From contig OZ037772.1 in assembly GCA_964035545.1 (NCBI GenBank), positions 10,352,818-10,416,817 of the forward strand: a stretch of 64,000 bases of DNA, written 5' to 3'. Shown piece after piece: positions 47,906 to 61,300 of this stretch; within the stretch, counting starts at the first letter, position 1, and every line of letters starts with the position of its first letter. This DNA is from Bugula neritina. Its lineage: Eukaryota; Animalia; Bryozoa. Position numbers and translations under genes: made by a program. The notes below the pieces were generated by a model. The model had not been told where the DNA came from and ran no database searches. It saw only the letters and a list, made by a program, of their open reading frames with translations.

Positions 47906-50232
47906 TCAAATTCCATAAACCTCAACTTCATATATATTTAAATTTGCTGTAACATTAAGCAGAATCTGAACAAAGCGACCTCTGATTGGTTGTTTACAAG
48001 TAGCCAGGGTGTAGTATTGGTTAAGAACTCCATCATGGTAGTAGCACAGGATTTCAGGGTTTGTTCCAGTAAATTCTATTTCCTTTTCTGCCATAGCTAC
48101 TGTAACTTCAGCATTTGATGTTCTTTCCCAATATTCTAAAGAGTTAAAATAATAAATTAAAAAAAACTCATTTATTTTTATAAAATAGACAAATATTTTT
48201 AGACTAATAACTAAAATTACAAAATTAAATTTATAATTTATTAAATTTGAAGATTGTTTGTATTAATCTTCTTGCAAACAAAATTACTGATAATACACTA
48301 CGACTGATATGCTTTATAATGCATACTATATAAAATGTGGGATTTTATTCTCTGAAGAAATCTATTATATAATTTTAGTAAAAGCCAACTTTGCTTTCCC
48401 ACAGTTTAAACATATAAATTTATTGAAAAATCATAAGATAAGAAGCAGTGTTTGATTAGTGTTCAAGTGACAATATAATTTAAATTACTATAAAATGATT
48501 GATGATCAACTCAAAATATGGGAACCATTCATTTTTTATAACGTCTTTAATAGTAATGAGCCTTTTCAAAGTTAAAGGAGTTGAATGAAAATAAAAAATA
48601 TATATAGCAAATGCATTTAGAATTAAAAACAGTAGATGCCAATTTTTTATTCAGTAAAAATCAAGAATGCTGCTTAACCTTGTTTGTGTAAAAACAACTT
48701 TATGAAACAACCTCACAACAAAAGTCTTTATAAAGATCTACAAGTATTCATTAAGAAGTTGCTACTTACTTGTTGCTCTGTTGAGAATGTTAACAGCCCA
48801 GACACAGTAAACATCAACCAGATCCACCCTCCACCAGGGTCTGTGTTCTTTCTCACTGTGTGCCATAGATCCATAATAACCTGCACCATCAATGTAAATG
48901 CCATCCACTGCTTTTTGAGCTTCATAAGAATAGCCAGAGTCATAGGCGTCAACGTACTCACTTGAAAGCTTTGAGGGTTTCCCTAAAAAAGAATACTTAA
49001 AAATTATTTTATGAAAAATATTTTTCAGTTGAAACTTGGTGTGAAATATGCAAATATTAAAATCAACGGATAATTAAAATAGCACTTTTATTATACTGAG
49101 TTAGAGAAATGTTTCATTGAACTAAATTTTTTTATTTTATATTTTTTAACCATGGCTTGGAATTATATACTATGATTTGTATACTCTGAAGTAATCTTGA
49201 TGTTTTAAAAAATTTTTACCTCTTGCTAGCAGCATATCTGGCTGCACGTTGGCTCTCTGGGAAATCTGAATAGAATAGTCAGATTTCGATCCTTTCCACT
49301 CGGTAAACAGATGGGGATTCACACATTCCTTCAGGAAACATCTTTTCTCTATGACATCATAAACCATCCCCAGACATTTCTTGTCTTCTGTACATTTCAG
49401 CAGACATATTTCAGCCACTTGACTGAACATTGATTCACCTGTCATATGATCTGTAACTGACATGTTCTCTGGTACACTGTATTTTCTGAATCTGTCAATT
49501 ATGCGGCTGGTACATTGGCTTGTGACAGGTGCTAGCAGGTGCACTACAACTACAAATTAAAATGAATCAACTTACTCATGTGATGGGTAATTAATATAGA
49601 AGCTAGTACCAGATACCAAATAGTTTCATTGCACTTATAACTACTGGTTATAGAAAATGGACTGAAAAATGATTGCCCCCCTCCCTCCCCCCCCCCCCCC
49701 CCCCCGATTGGACTTGAACCCGAGTCCTCTGGCTTGTAAGCAAGTGTGCTACCATTACACCACGGGGACCACTGGGTACACTCATCACTACATGGGCCAT
49801 AGGACATATACCTACTTTTTTATTAATAACTTCCTTGAAATGTTTTCTAAATAGTAAGAAAGCCATATAATATACATAGCATGATTTTTTTTACATTCTA
49901 AAATTTTATTAATTAATTGCTGCTAAAAATTAATTTTTTACTCATTTATCAAAGTTGTTGTAAGTATACAATTTTATATAATTAGCAAACTTGTGGTAAT
50001 TATACACTAAGTATGAATATTGCTGATCAGTTAGACAAGAAAGAAATTTATGTTTATGTTCACCTAACACAATAATACTAAACTTTTTTTTAATTAGTAA
50101 TCGATTAACATTTTTAGGTTTTAATCGGATAGAAAACATAAATTAATTAATACAATCAGAATAAACTCAACAGACAGTAACATATGAATACTATATACCT
50201 GTAAGCCAAATCACAGCGGATGGGCTATTCAT
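47906..50232 (-). CDS. Secreted PAN/apple + F-type lectin protein, copy B, ~268 aa
   Basis: Exons 50199-50232, 49220-49549, 48770-48982, 47906-48135; same structure and phases as copy A. Exon 3 reads GKPSKLSSEYVDAYDSGYSYEAQKAVDGIYIDGAGYYGSMAHSEKEHRPWWRVDL, a frame not shown in the ORF track. Motif H-x26-R-A-T-x4-R. Confidence 0.92.
49672..49770 (-). mobile_element. tRNA-like SINE family B head (TAC at the anticodon position) with G-run
   Basis: GGTCCCCGTGGTGTAATGGTAGCACACTTGCTTACAAGCCAGAGGACTCGGGTTCAAGTCC followed by poly-G; intact A/B boxes but no proper acceptor stem. Confidence 0.7.
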
Positions 50233-50520
50233 ATTTAAAACACTGCTGACAGAAAAAGAACAACCAAACAGATCTGCTTAAAATGAACAGCTATATAATT
50301 ACCCAGCAACATAAAAATATAAAGTTATTGATTAGTTGGTCAGAATAAAGTAAAATCAGTTGATTGTTTCTGCATTGCAGAGTTTGTTAAACTTATTCAA
50401 TATACAAGTAATCTGTGGGTCCATTTGATGACTATATTAGAAAATTGATTGCAAGCCGCAAATTATTAAATTCAGTTGAAACTAATTTAAAATTTAATTT
50501 GAAAATATTGATTCTGTGAA

Positions 50521-50521
<1 letters not shown>

Positions 50522-50583
<62 letters not shown>
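50522..50583. repeat. (TA)n microsatellite
   Basis: Direct observation. Confidence 0.95.
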
Positions 50584-50586
<3 letters not shown>

Positions 50587-51401
50587 AGGTTAAATATAAA
50601 TCTATTTCATGCACTTCTAAAAAAAGTCTAAATGATGAGGTTTGCCATTAATACTTCACTTCATTGGTTACTTTTAAAGGTGATACGTTATTCACAATAT
50701 ATAATATGTAAATATAACAATCACAATACTTATTTTAATAGTCAAAACAATCGTTACATGAGCAAAACAATGTTAAATTCTTGCATTCACTATTGTATAT
50801 AGATACAAACATTGATTGCCAGCAACAAGGAATTAAGGGAGTAAATTGCTTTCTCAAACTTGAGTTAAATAAATTTATTCAGCATAAAAACTAATTTGTG
50901 GTTTTCATAGATGGTTATATTTCATTATAAATTGCGAGCTGATTAATGCAACTTCAGTGCATCTGTGGAGTATTTAAAAGAGTTTCAATAAAATATGAAA
51001 TTAATTACAGAATATTTTAATTATCAATTGATTATAACAGATGAAACGTAACTTTTCTTTTCATGAATTCTCCATATAATACCAACTTTTGCTTTGGCTA
51101 TATGCTAATTGCCCTTGCACCAATTTATTTGTATCATTAGACTGCAATAAATGCTATAATTTGACTCTTGGAATAATTATATAATAATATTTTATATTTA
51201 TAAAAACACTAACATTTTTATTTCAAGAAAAGTGTAGTAGATATTTTGCTATATTTATTTATATTCCTATAAGATTTCACGCAACTTACATACATTGAAT
51301 GCCCAAACACGTATATACAATTATGAATATTGTTTTTGTAAAAGGCATGACATAACACTTTTGATTAGCTATAACTTTTTTAGCAGACTTCTGATTGGCT
51401 C

Positions 51402-54236
51402 TCACTTATCAGTCACTGCTGGTGCACTGCCAAATATTGCATAGTTCATTGTGAACAGCCCTGAAAGACAGAAAATGCACTTGAAATCTTCACTTACACT
51501 TCAAGAGTTTGTATTAGTTCAAGAAAAAAATGTCAGCTAAAAATTAAAAATATTGGTTGCACCAGTTTTTAAATATTACATTTTTTAAATGTTTTTAAAT
51601 ATTACAGATTTGTATTTGTATTTATCAGTCACTTTGAGCTACTACTATGTATACTATAAAACTAAGAGACTTTAATAACAATTTTGAAAAAATCAAACCA
51701 TTGGTTTATACATATGAAGCTGTTCATTTTCTTATAAAACAATTTAATAAAATAAATTTAATCAATAGTTATACTTCAAATAAATGATTTTATATAATAA
51801 AATGCACTCATGGAATTCCACTGTTGAAAAAGATTAGTATTATGATGGGTTATTATTAAGACTAAATCCTTTTGTAATCAAGTTGGTTATTTATATCATT
51901 AAAATACTTATAGCCTAATGACTAGCAGTGCTATAACAGCAATTAACCCATCATATCACAATGCAATAAATAAATTTGTGTCCATGCATAAGCAATGGAC
52001 ATCAATTTAACACGTACTTGAACTTCAACAACAATCTTATGTTATATTTCTATCCCTTAGCCTTTGTATTGAGTCAAAAAGTATGATCAAACTTTCTTTA
52101 GCAAAATTCAAAACAATTTTATAAGTATTAAGCTAACAATGTTAAGGAGCAGCTAACTCTGAAGTTATATATAGAGCTTTGGCTTAGTAAACACAAAGCC
52201 AGATGTTCACTTTCCAGGTTTTTGGTAATGTTAGGAAGGGTGTTCAATCACGATTACTCTTTTTTCATTATAAAAAATTGACTACTAGCCCACTTACAAT
52301 AAGCCACACATTGCAACAAGGGCTCTTTCAGAGATACTGACTATATAAATCCACATGAGTGAGTTTCATAAATAGCAGTAATTTTACTCGTTACGTTATA
52401 TTATAGTGAGTGGTAGTCACTTACACAGAACAAAGAAAGACATAAACCCAGGTAGGAAAGGTTTCAGTCTCATCACGTGACCCTGTGCCCAATTGCTGAC
52501 TCCCATGACATATTCAAACTCTTCTTCTGAGTCATCCTCAGAGTCTGTCTCATAGTCATCACCTGCACAATATACCTCGACCAATCAGCACTCAGTAGTG
52601 ACAGCAATTGGCTGTTCTAGAGAGAAAATTTGGTAAAAACAGAAATATATTGCTAAAAGTCATAATATTATTATATATGACTACACACAGATTGAGTTAC
52701 ACTGCATATACAGTTTTTTTAAAACTGTTTTTAAAAATAAAGTTGTTAAATAAGAAATTGAGCAGTATATATTACCCACCATGAAAGCAAACATCATCAG
52801 ACACTTTAGAGTACCTCTTGCGTCTCGTCATATATGCAACATATCGAGGATCTAAAAGGAAAAACAAAGTTTTTATAAACTCTGCTCTATATTTGTAAAG
52901 TTATGTATCATTGCCTTTTTACTGCATGAGTTGTTGTTATCTAAATTGATTGCTTGCTGTGTATTGCTTAATTTTTATTGCTGTTTAGTGTTTAATATGT
53001 TTAATATTTAAAATACGCATTTCATGTTAATTAGAGTCTGTTGAATTGACCTGCACGTCTCAGCAAAAGATTTAACAAAATTAAAACACTTTTGTTTAAA
53101 ATTAAATGTATTTTATTTTCTGCAATATCGTTTATTGAAAATGCATGTTTTAGAAACATTGTGGAAGACACAAAAGTCAAAATATTCTTTTAAACTTATT
53201 ATTAATGCAATAATTGACTTCACAGACAAAACAGAGTACGCTAGATGTGATTCTGAATCAGACATTTATTGGTTTAAAAACTGATAAGATGTCGCAGGTT
53301 ATTTACTGACCTGCCATCCCCATGTTTTCAGGTTGCCTGCTATGCATATGTTTTGGACTATTAGCTTTAATAAGACAAGGTTTATCAAAGTCATCAGGTA
53401 AATGCTTGGCAACGTGTTTTTCATGATTGTCTTGTGGCATTTCACATTTACAGCTTGTGCAGTTCTCTTTGCATCTTTTCTTTTCTCTAATTGATTTTAA
53501 ATAAATATGTTATAGAACAGTTTTCATATGAGTTAATTAGCTATACAATCATTACTAGTGTTATAAAAAAATAAAGCTATTGGTAAAAATATATAAAGGT
53601 TCCAAATAAAATAAACAGATAGATTCAAACTTATATTTAATAAGCCATAATTTAATGTCTTAGAATATGTTATATGTTTAGCCACTTCAGTATAAGTTTA
53701 AGTTTTTACCCCGATTAGTTGTTCTTCTTACGTTGATAGGGTTCAAAATATAGATTTTTTAGGGATTATTGAAAAAATATACTAAGAAGAAAGTAGCCAT
53801 GCATGCCATATAGCCTACAATGGTTTTTTTTAAACAGTAAGGAAAACAATTTTTCTACTCCACAAATAGTTATTATACGTATACAAATACATGGGTTATA
53901 CAAATATTATGTTTATAAATTTTGAGAGTTTTTCAATTTTCTATAAAACTTTGAAAGTCAGAAATAAGTGTGATATAATAGCTTAATAGTTTTTCAAGCT
54001 AACAAAAACTATTTGATATATATCTGTCAAGCCTATAATTAAATTTTATCAACAAAATTTTCTAATAAACAATCTGCTACTATCAAACGAGACAGCTGCT
54101 AATTTGTGTTTTAGATATTAAATTTATACATATACCTATTTTCAAAATATTCTTTAAACATTTTACTTCTTCTGTTTTGCTGTTCATCGATTTCTTCTTT
54201 TATCAAAAAAGGGTTTGTTTTCTTAGCTTTACTCAT
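51402..54236 (-). CDS. Uncharacterised ~181-aa protein with Cys cluster, acidic tract and C-terminal hydrophobic (tail-anchor-like) segment
   Basis: Exons 54136-54236, 53311-53486, 52780-52851, 52425-52562, 51402-51460 splice in frame: MSKAKKTNPF..CKENCTSCKC..DDYETDSEDDSEEEFEY..FLPGFMSFFVLWLFTMNYAIFGSAPAVTDK*. Absent from the ORF track; no family recognised. Confidence 0.68.
52146..52365 (+). mobile_element. Degenerate SINE family A copy
   Basis: ggagcagc..cttagtaaacacaaag..ttggtaatgttaggaaggg..tgactatataa..tgagt remnants. Confidence 0.55.
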
Positions 54237-55358
54237 TTCTAGGACCTAATAAATAAAACATCATATTTTATACAGTCAATTAAACAAAATTATATAATTT
54301 TTTTAAAATTATAGTTGTACAAATATTAAGTATAAACATAGCCTAAATAAGCAAAAAGCTACTTTCTATATAGTTAGTAGAAAAGGCAATTATTACCACT
54401 AGTCTATAAAAACATTAAATAAATGCAATTGAATGGTGATGAAAAGCTATTTTGCAAATTGTCACATACCTCAAAGTTTATAACTAAATTTTAAACTAGA
54501 ATTGAATCGAATGTCTTTATAAAAAGAAGAATATTTTACGGAACCTGCCGATAAGCTGATTGACAACTTTTTTGCTTTTACTGCAATACCAACAATATGC
54601 CTAATTGCTTTACTTCAACATTTTTTACATTTTTGAAAATGGAATTAATTCTCAGTTCAAAAAATTTCTGTGTCAAACATAATAATTATTATGTTTGACA
54701 CAGAAAAAAATAATATTATTATTTTATGCTTATATTGGAGCAAAAAACAATTCAATTTCTTTTTCAAGTTTATAGGGTACTAGATTTGTAACTTGTATAA
54801 AATTCAACACTTTTTCTTTGAATTTTTTTTCTAATTTTGGTAGCTAGTTTAATCAGCATACATTTATGCTATACTTCAGGCAATATTTGTAATTGAAAAA
54901 TGCTATTAATTAAAGTCAACATGTTGTTTTGGATTTAGTTTTTGTTGAATGTTTGAAAGCTGGAAAATTATATTTTAGATGGTTTTGATACACATTTACC
55001 TTTAAATTTATTATTACTAAGTTATTTAATAGAATCATATACTTGTTTTTAAAGCATAATATTGAGTTTAAAATTTTACACCAAAAAATAAAATGTATAG
55101 TATATAACTTATTTTTGGATACAACATCAACATGCGCAGTACCAAAACATATTCAAGTTTTAAATCTAGCAATCTATATAGTAAGCTATGATAAATTTAT
55201 TAAAAGCATATTTTTAACTATGTAAACAAGCCATACAACTGCTAACTTATTTTAAGACAGACTGCACTTACCAGCTTATAACAGGTTGATCAGATGCACT
55301 GAAAAACTATATGACATCACACCATGGTGTCAGGTCATGACATTCCGTCAAGACGAAT

Positions 55359-58300
55359 TTACATGATGATACAAGCACTTTCACATTCACCTGAACTACA
55401 TGGTCCATAGCACCTTTCGGCTGGAATGCATTTACCTGAATAGTCAAATATAAGCACATTAATTACTTGAAATAATTGATTTCATTTAAAGTAAGATTGT
55501 TTTAAACCATTTTGTTATCACCAACCTCATGTCTCTATAAAATCATACCTAATTTGCTCCCATTAATGCTTTTATAAAATTCTCTTTAAAATTTACATGT
55601 CACCAGATTTTTAAATTTTATAAGATCTAACCACTTCTAATTTGAACTATTGGTTCAAAAGTTATGCTTTTACTATTTTGTATACTTTTAACAATTATAT
55701 AGTTTAAATTAAAGTTGTCATGGCAATATAGTCAATAAAACAAACCATTTTATATACCTACCAAAGAGCGCTTCACAGGGCTCCTCGCATGAGCCACCAT
55801 TTTCACATTTGGATAGTTTTTCTTTTTTTAGTCTGACAACTTTAGGGGGCTCTGGGCACGGTACACAGGAGTTCCTGATTATATCCCTGACTCTAAAGAA
55901 CACGATTCAATATATTCCGCTTTGTTTATAGTGGATTTTTGTTGCCCTAGCTGTTAATGTTACAGAGTGTTTGAGTTTGATTTCTACATGCTATTAGACA
56001 TATTTTATCTTATTTGAGCTTTGCAGCTGTTATATGCAGCGTTAATGAATTGCAAAGCGAATATCACCAGCTTTACACTGCCAATGATTACTCAATTCTT
56101 CGTTTATACCTATATATAACTTTGGTTTTTTACCATAGACTTTTTTAGGTTTCTCGACTTTAGATAAACTTATCTATGATTTACAAAATGTATTCAACAC
56201 TATATTTATAATTCACTCTACAGTCAATACTAATAAACATACAAAAATCTTTTTATACAATCATCTCATAAAGAGCCATGATATGCAATATGTTTGAAAA
56301 AAATTAATTTTTTTAATTGTGAACCTTAGTTATAATATAAATATAATATCTGTGTCAAATAAAATATGCTATGTATAGGAAAAGTATGCAGCTGGTAATT
56401 TTAGAATAAAAATAAGTTATAGGTTTGCACAGTTGGTTTAAGGTCATACTTTTCAGTTTCTGGCTCTTTGCCAGGTGCTTTATGTTCTATATGAACAATG
56501 TTCCACTGATAGCTCGAACAGGTTGAATGTCACAAGAACAAAAAAAATATGAAAAGATAAAGAAACTTATGTTCTCCAATATACTTTTTTATTTTTTTCA
56601 AAAGCCAATTCATGTTTAAGTTATAGCTTGTTGAAAAACATAGTCCCCCTTCCACATTCTTTTCAATTTATACGCTCCTGACTTGTTATTGTGTCTCAAT
56701 ATGCCTTGTATTTGAGTGCTCGTTAGTCTCGCTTCACTAACTTTGCCTATACTTCACAAGTGCCAGTGCTGCTGGCTCAAAAGCTAAATGTTATAAACTG
56801 TCAGCTAAAACCCAATCTTGTATTCCTAGGTTGGTTGGCCTAAATAAAACGATAGTCAAATCATGATTTCATGTTTTAAAAATTTACTCTATTCTAACCT
56901 GCTGCCTAGCTAGTTCTATTTTTGATGTATAATTACAGAATTTGTGAAACATTTTTTCGGCAACCATCCTAGTTATAAAATGCAGTAAAGGTACTTATAA
57001 TATTATATTATTATCATTATAATATATTATATAGTATTATGTGTGTTTTTATTATACTGCATAATATATATTTTATTATTGTTGTTGTGCAAACAAGTGC
57101 AATTAACCTAGTTTTCAAAATGTACCTCTAAATTATCAGAATATCAGTTTAGATATTTTCATGCTTTGTTAGGTAAACCTAAAAAAAAGAGGCTGTATTC
57201 CCAAAGTAAAGGGTGTTGAACTATGAACTATATTAGATTAGCCACATTTGCTACCAAGTGCATCAGTATAATATTATATGAATAGCTCTGATGCTTTGTC
57301 TCCGGTGGCTGGCTGCGATATGATAACTTGGCCAACTTCCAAGAGTTTAAAATTGGCGCAATTATTCAAGAGGTTACATACTGCACAGAGCTAGCAGTGA
57401 TAGTAACCTTGCTATTGACAGTACTTATTACAACTGCCAGCATATAAGCTGCATTGTAGAATGCCGCTGGGGTAGGCTAGTAAAATTAAATTCTGCTTTC
57501 TAATATACCTTAGACACAATGCAGCAACATAATTTTTAGTTTCAAATTACATTGCCACCCTTACATGAGCTGTGGGCTTCATAAAGATTCATATGATTAG
57601 AGATTTATGCTATAGGCCCTACCTGTGCTAGTGTATGATGAAAATAACACACCATTGTCAAAGTTAACTTCAAGTATGTTGTTTTCCAGAAACTCAGTAT
57701 TGTCGATTTATCTCTCGCATACAAATACTCATGTAATAGCATACAGTTAAAGTTTTATTTTAGAGCACATTGGCAAACTCTACAATAAGAACTTGCTTTA
57801 CCAGTCTATTTCAGACCTGTTTTTGTAGCTAGTAATACGCAAGCTACTTATTTTTAAACTTTTGGGTTATTTGTTCAAAACCATTAGCTTTGCTAGTAAC
57901 CCGGGGCTATTGCAACAGTTCACTGCTAATCAACATGCCTAATAACAGCCTAATAATTATAACCCATTTGCGCGCGAAATATTTATGTACTCATAGTTAC
58001 TCATATAGTTGGCAAATACTAACGATGTCTGCGTGGTCCAGAGGTTAAAGGCGTCAGCGAGAAGCTGGTTGGTCATGGTTTAATCCTAGTATGCTGCAAT
58101 TTTTTTTGTCAACTTATGCAAATCCTACGCATGTATAATAAATATGGCTATAATTGTAAAGTTTTTTTAACTTTTGTTCAACAGTAAGACAACATACATG
58201 CATAATACTTAGCTACTGAACACTGGGCTAAATTTTAAATTGATCTTATAGAATACAATGTACTTAAAATAATCATATGTGAATTAGAGAAACTGAAAGT

Positions 58301-61300
58301 ACACCTGCTGCTCTATAGACAGACCTTTACTGACAAGACTGCAAAGTGAAGTGATTTAGCTGAAATTAACTCTGCCAAACAAACAAAGAATTATGTTGTG
58401 CTGAGGCATTGTCAATAGATTGTAACATAGTGAGATGATTCAGCTAAGTGCTAATGTAAAACAGGGAACATTATATTGGCAGAAATCCAATAGATTGCCA
58501 ATTTGTGCGAGAGGGTACTATATGTTATTGTGATAGCGCGCAGAGCGGCAAACGTACTAGGGATGTTATAATTAGTCACAGGAGCGTAGCTAGAACCACC
58601 ATATGAAGAATTTAGAAAATTGCAGTGAAACTTGCATAATGGTGTATGTTTTTACCAAATTGTGAAGAGCATAAACAGAATTTCAAAAAACAAAGAAAGT
58701 ATATTAGAGAAAACATATCAAGGAATGTCAAGTTTAACTTTTAGACTTTATAAAATGAATCCCCTGTGCTACAGCAGTGGAACATGGAGGGTGTAAAATT
58801 TTACTTATTATGCAACAACTTTCTCAGAAAATTTTTTATTGAAAAATTAAAAAAGTATATGAAAGAGGAATGCAAAAGCTATCTTTTCATGTAAAATTTA
58901 TTAATGTGAGACAAAAACTGTTCGAGCTATCCCCTGGAAACCGTTTATATATAACATAAAGCAGTGCCTGAATCAGGAAAGTAATGACCTTAAACTAACT
59001 GTGTGGTCAACAGTAAGAGAAAAATATTGATTTACATATTTGCCTATTATAGCAAACATCTGTAACAACTCATGGTCTAGGGGCTAAAGCGTTTGCCTAG
59101 TAAACACGAGGTCATGGGTTCAGCACTGACAAAGGCCATTGGTGATGTTAGGAAGAGCATCCAGTCATAATTGCTCCTGTGCCTCATTTAAATAAGTCTT
59201 TAGCCAGCTTTAACAAAAACTCTTTCCAACAGAGTTTTTCACAGGGATATAGCGACTATTAACTTTCGTGAGTTTTTTTTGTAACAAAAATGAAGGGTAT
59301 GAGTTCGTAAATATATAAATACTATAATATATCTACAAAATAAATATTATTCAAAAACCTCACAGAAGTTTATAGTCGCTATCTCTGTGAAAACCCATGA
59401 TAGAAAGAGTTTCTGTTAAAACGGCGAGCTAAGGACTTATATAAATGAGGCACAAGAGCAATTATGACTGGATGCTCTTCCTACCATCACCAATGGCCTT
59501 CGTCCGGGCTCGAACCTATGACCTTCGTGTTTACTAGGCAAACGCTCTAACCCCTAGACCACGGCTGCTCCCTAAAATAAATACCATTTGACAACATAAT
59601 ATTTTACAAGCTTTTAATATCAGTTGTTCATTTTTTTTAAATAGGTAAAATATTTGCAATAAATTTATACAAAAGTAAGTTATATAGTGAGTTACAAATA
59701 ATATATGTTTTAAACAAATTGAAATAATATATACAGTAACATACTTTGGTGCACATCTGGAACATTTTCCATCAATATCCATGCAAAATTCTTTATTGCA
59801 ATGTTCTTGGCAAAAGCAAACAGGTCTGGGGTTGCAGGGATCCAAGTTCTCAGTAATGCATGGCTTCTCACAATTGAAATCATTTTCAAAATCTTCTGAC
59901 AGTTTCTCATCAGAGATATGCTTAATAGGGGGTGGGCGACAGGGTCCCTTCTTCTTAGTCACTCTTTAATTGACACCCAGCTTTATATATTATATACAAC
60001 TTACCAATAAAAATCATTGTGCAAATATGAGATGGTCATTTAAACTTTTTCTAGTGTACAGCAAAGCATTTGAGGAACCAAAAAGGCTTTAGAATAGAAG
60101 GTGATTTCAAATACAAATTTGCCTGAAAGTTCAAAACTTTGAATCATTTTGAGCATTCATGATATACAATCTAAATTATTGCAACATATTTCAAGCTTTT
60201 AGTTAAACGGTATAGCCATCTTAAATTAAATTCTCAAAACTTCTATACATAACTCCTCATACCTGCATGGTACTCTTTCTTCTTCTGGCAAGTTCTCCGA
60301 TTCTGAATCTGTGGAATCTTGGTGGAGTTGGCTTTCATAATTATCATGACCTATGTTAGTTTGATTATCCGTAACTTCATGCTCCTGGGAGAAGTTGTTG
60401 TTTGTGTCTTTACCAATGAGTGAGTTTTCTAAACAGTCGCCTCCATCATGACAAGATTTGCAGCATTGCTTACTCTTTTGCTGCTTGCCTTTTGATTTGT
60501 TTCCTTTTTTCGAGCCACGAGTCGATCTCAACGTGGACTTGCTTAAACCTTTACGTCTTCTGACTGCTTTGCCCTTAAAACTGCTTGTTTGCGACACTCT
60601 TGGTCTACTATTCTCTGTATCCATTTCCTCTTCATATGTGTTGTTGAAATTATTTTTGTTTTCTGAATAACCAGAGTCCAAATCCATATCAAGGTCTTCC
60701 TGTAAAAGTTTTGATTTATGAATTACACATTAACAATTTCTTTAGCGTATTATTATACTTATTAGGCTATTATACTTATACTTGTCTGTATGTATTAAGT
60801 TTACATCTTGCATAATTTCCAGTGATTCTGTAGAAATCAGTGGATCATACAAAAGTAAATATAATAAACAAGGAACTTATAGTATGCAGGGTACAAATTC
60901 TTTTTCAGAAAATAATTGTGATTTTTTGTATTTGTACATGGAACAAATGTATTTCAAGGCAATATAAAAGTTATTATGACTCATCAAAACTCATATGTGA
61001 TGATTCCTCTTTGTATACATGAGTCATCTTTTACTATGAGTCATCTTTTAGTATGAGTCATTACCTCATCATCTACACTCATATCTTCATCTTCTGACTC
61101 ACTGAACCACACCATCTCTCCCTTCTCCTCATCATACCGACATGTGTCACTTGGTAGACAGTCACATGGTATCCTCTTTCTGCAGCATTTCTTACACTTC
61201 TTGGGGCATATCTCACACGTGCACCTGCGTGTCATGTCAGTAGTATACAATTAGAACAAGCACCTGTGTGTCATGTCAGAAGTATACAATTAGAACAAGC

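Noticed and set aside
49672-49770. Functional tRNA-Val(TAC) gene; also tRNA-Thr(AGT) calls for family A heads
   Set aside because: Acceptor stems do not close and the heads run into shared SINE bodies or poly-G; tRNAscan-SE would settle it.
55272-55361. In-frame TGAs suggesting selenocysteine or readthrough fusion of genes 6 and 7
   Set aside because: The first stop is TAA directly after a complete CaaX box, four stops would need bypassing, and I recognised no SECIS.
58579-58936. hAT-like MITE (CAGGAGCGTAGCT...AGCTATCCCCTG)
   Set aside because: Imperfect TIRs and no 8-bp target-site duplication.
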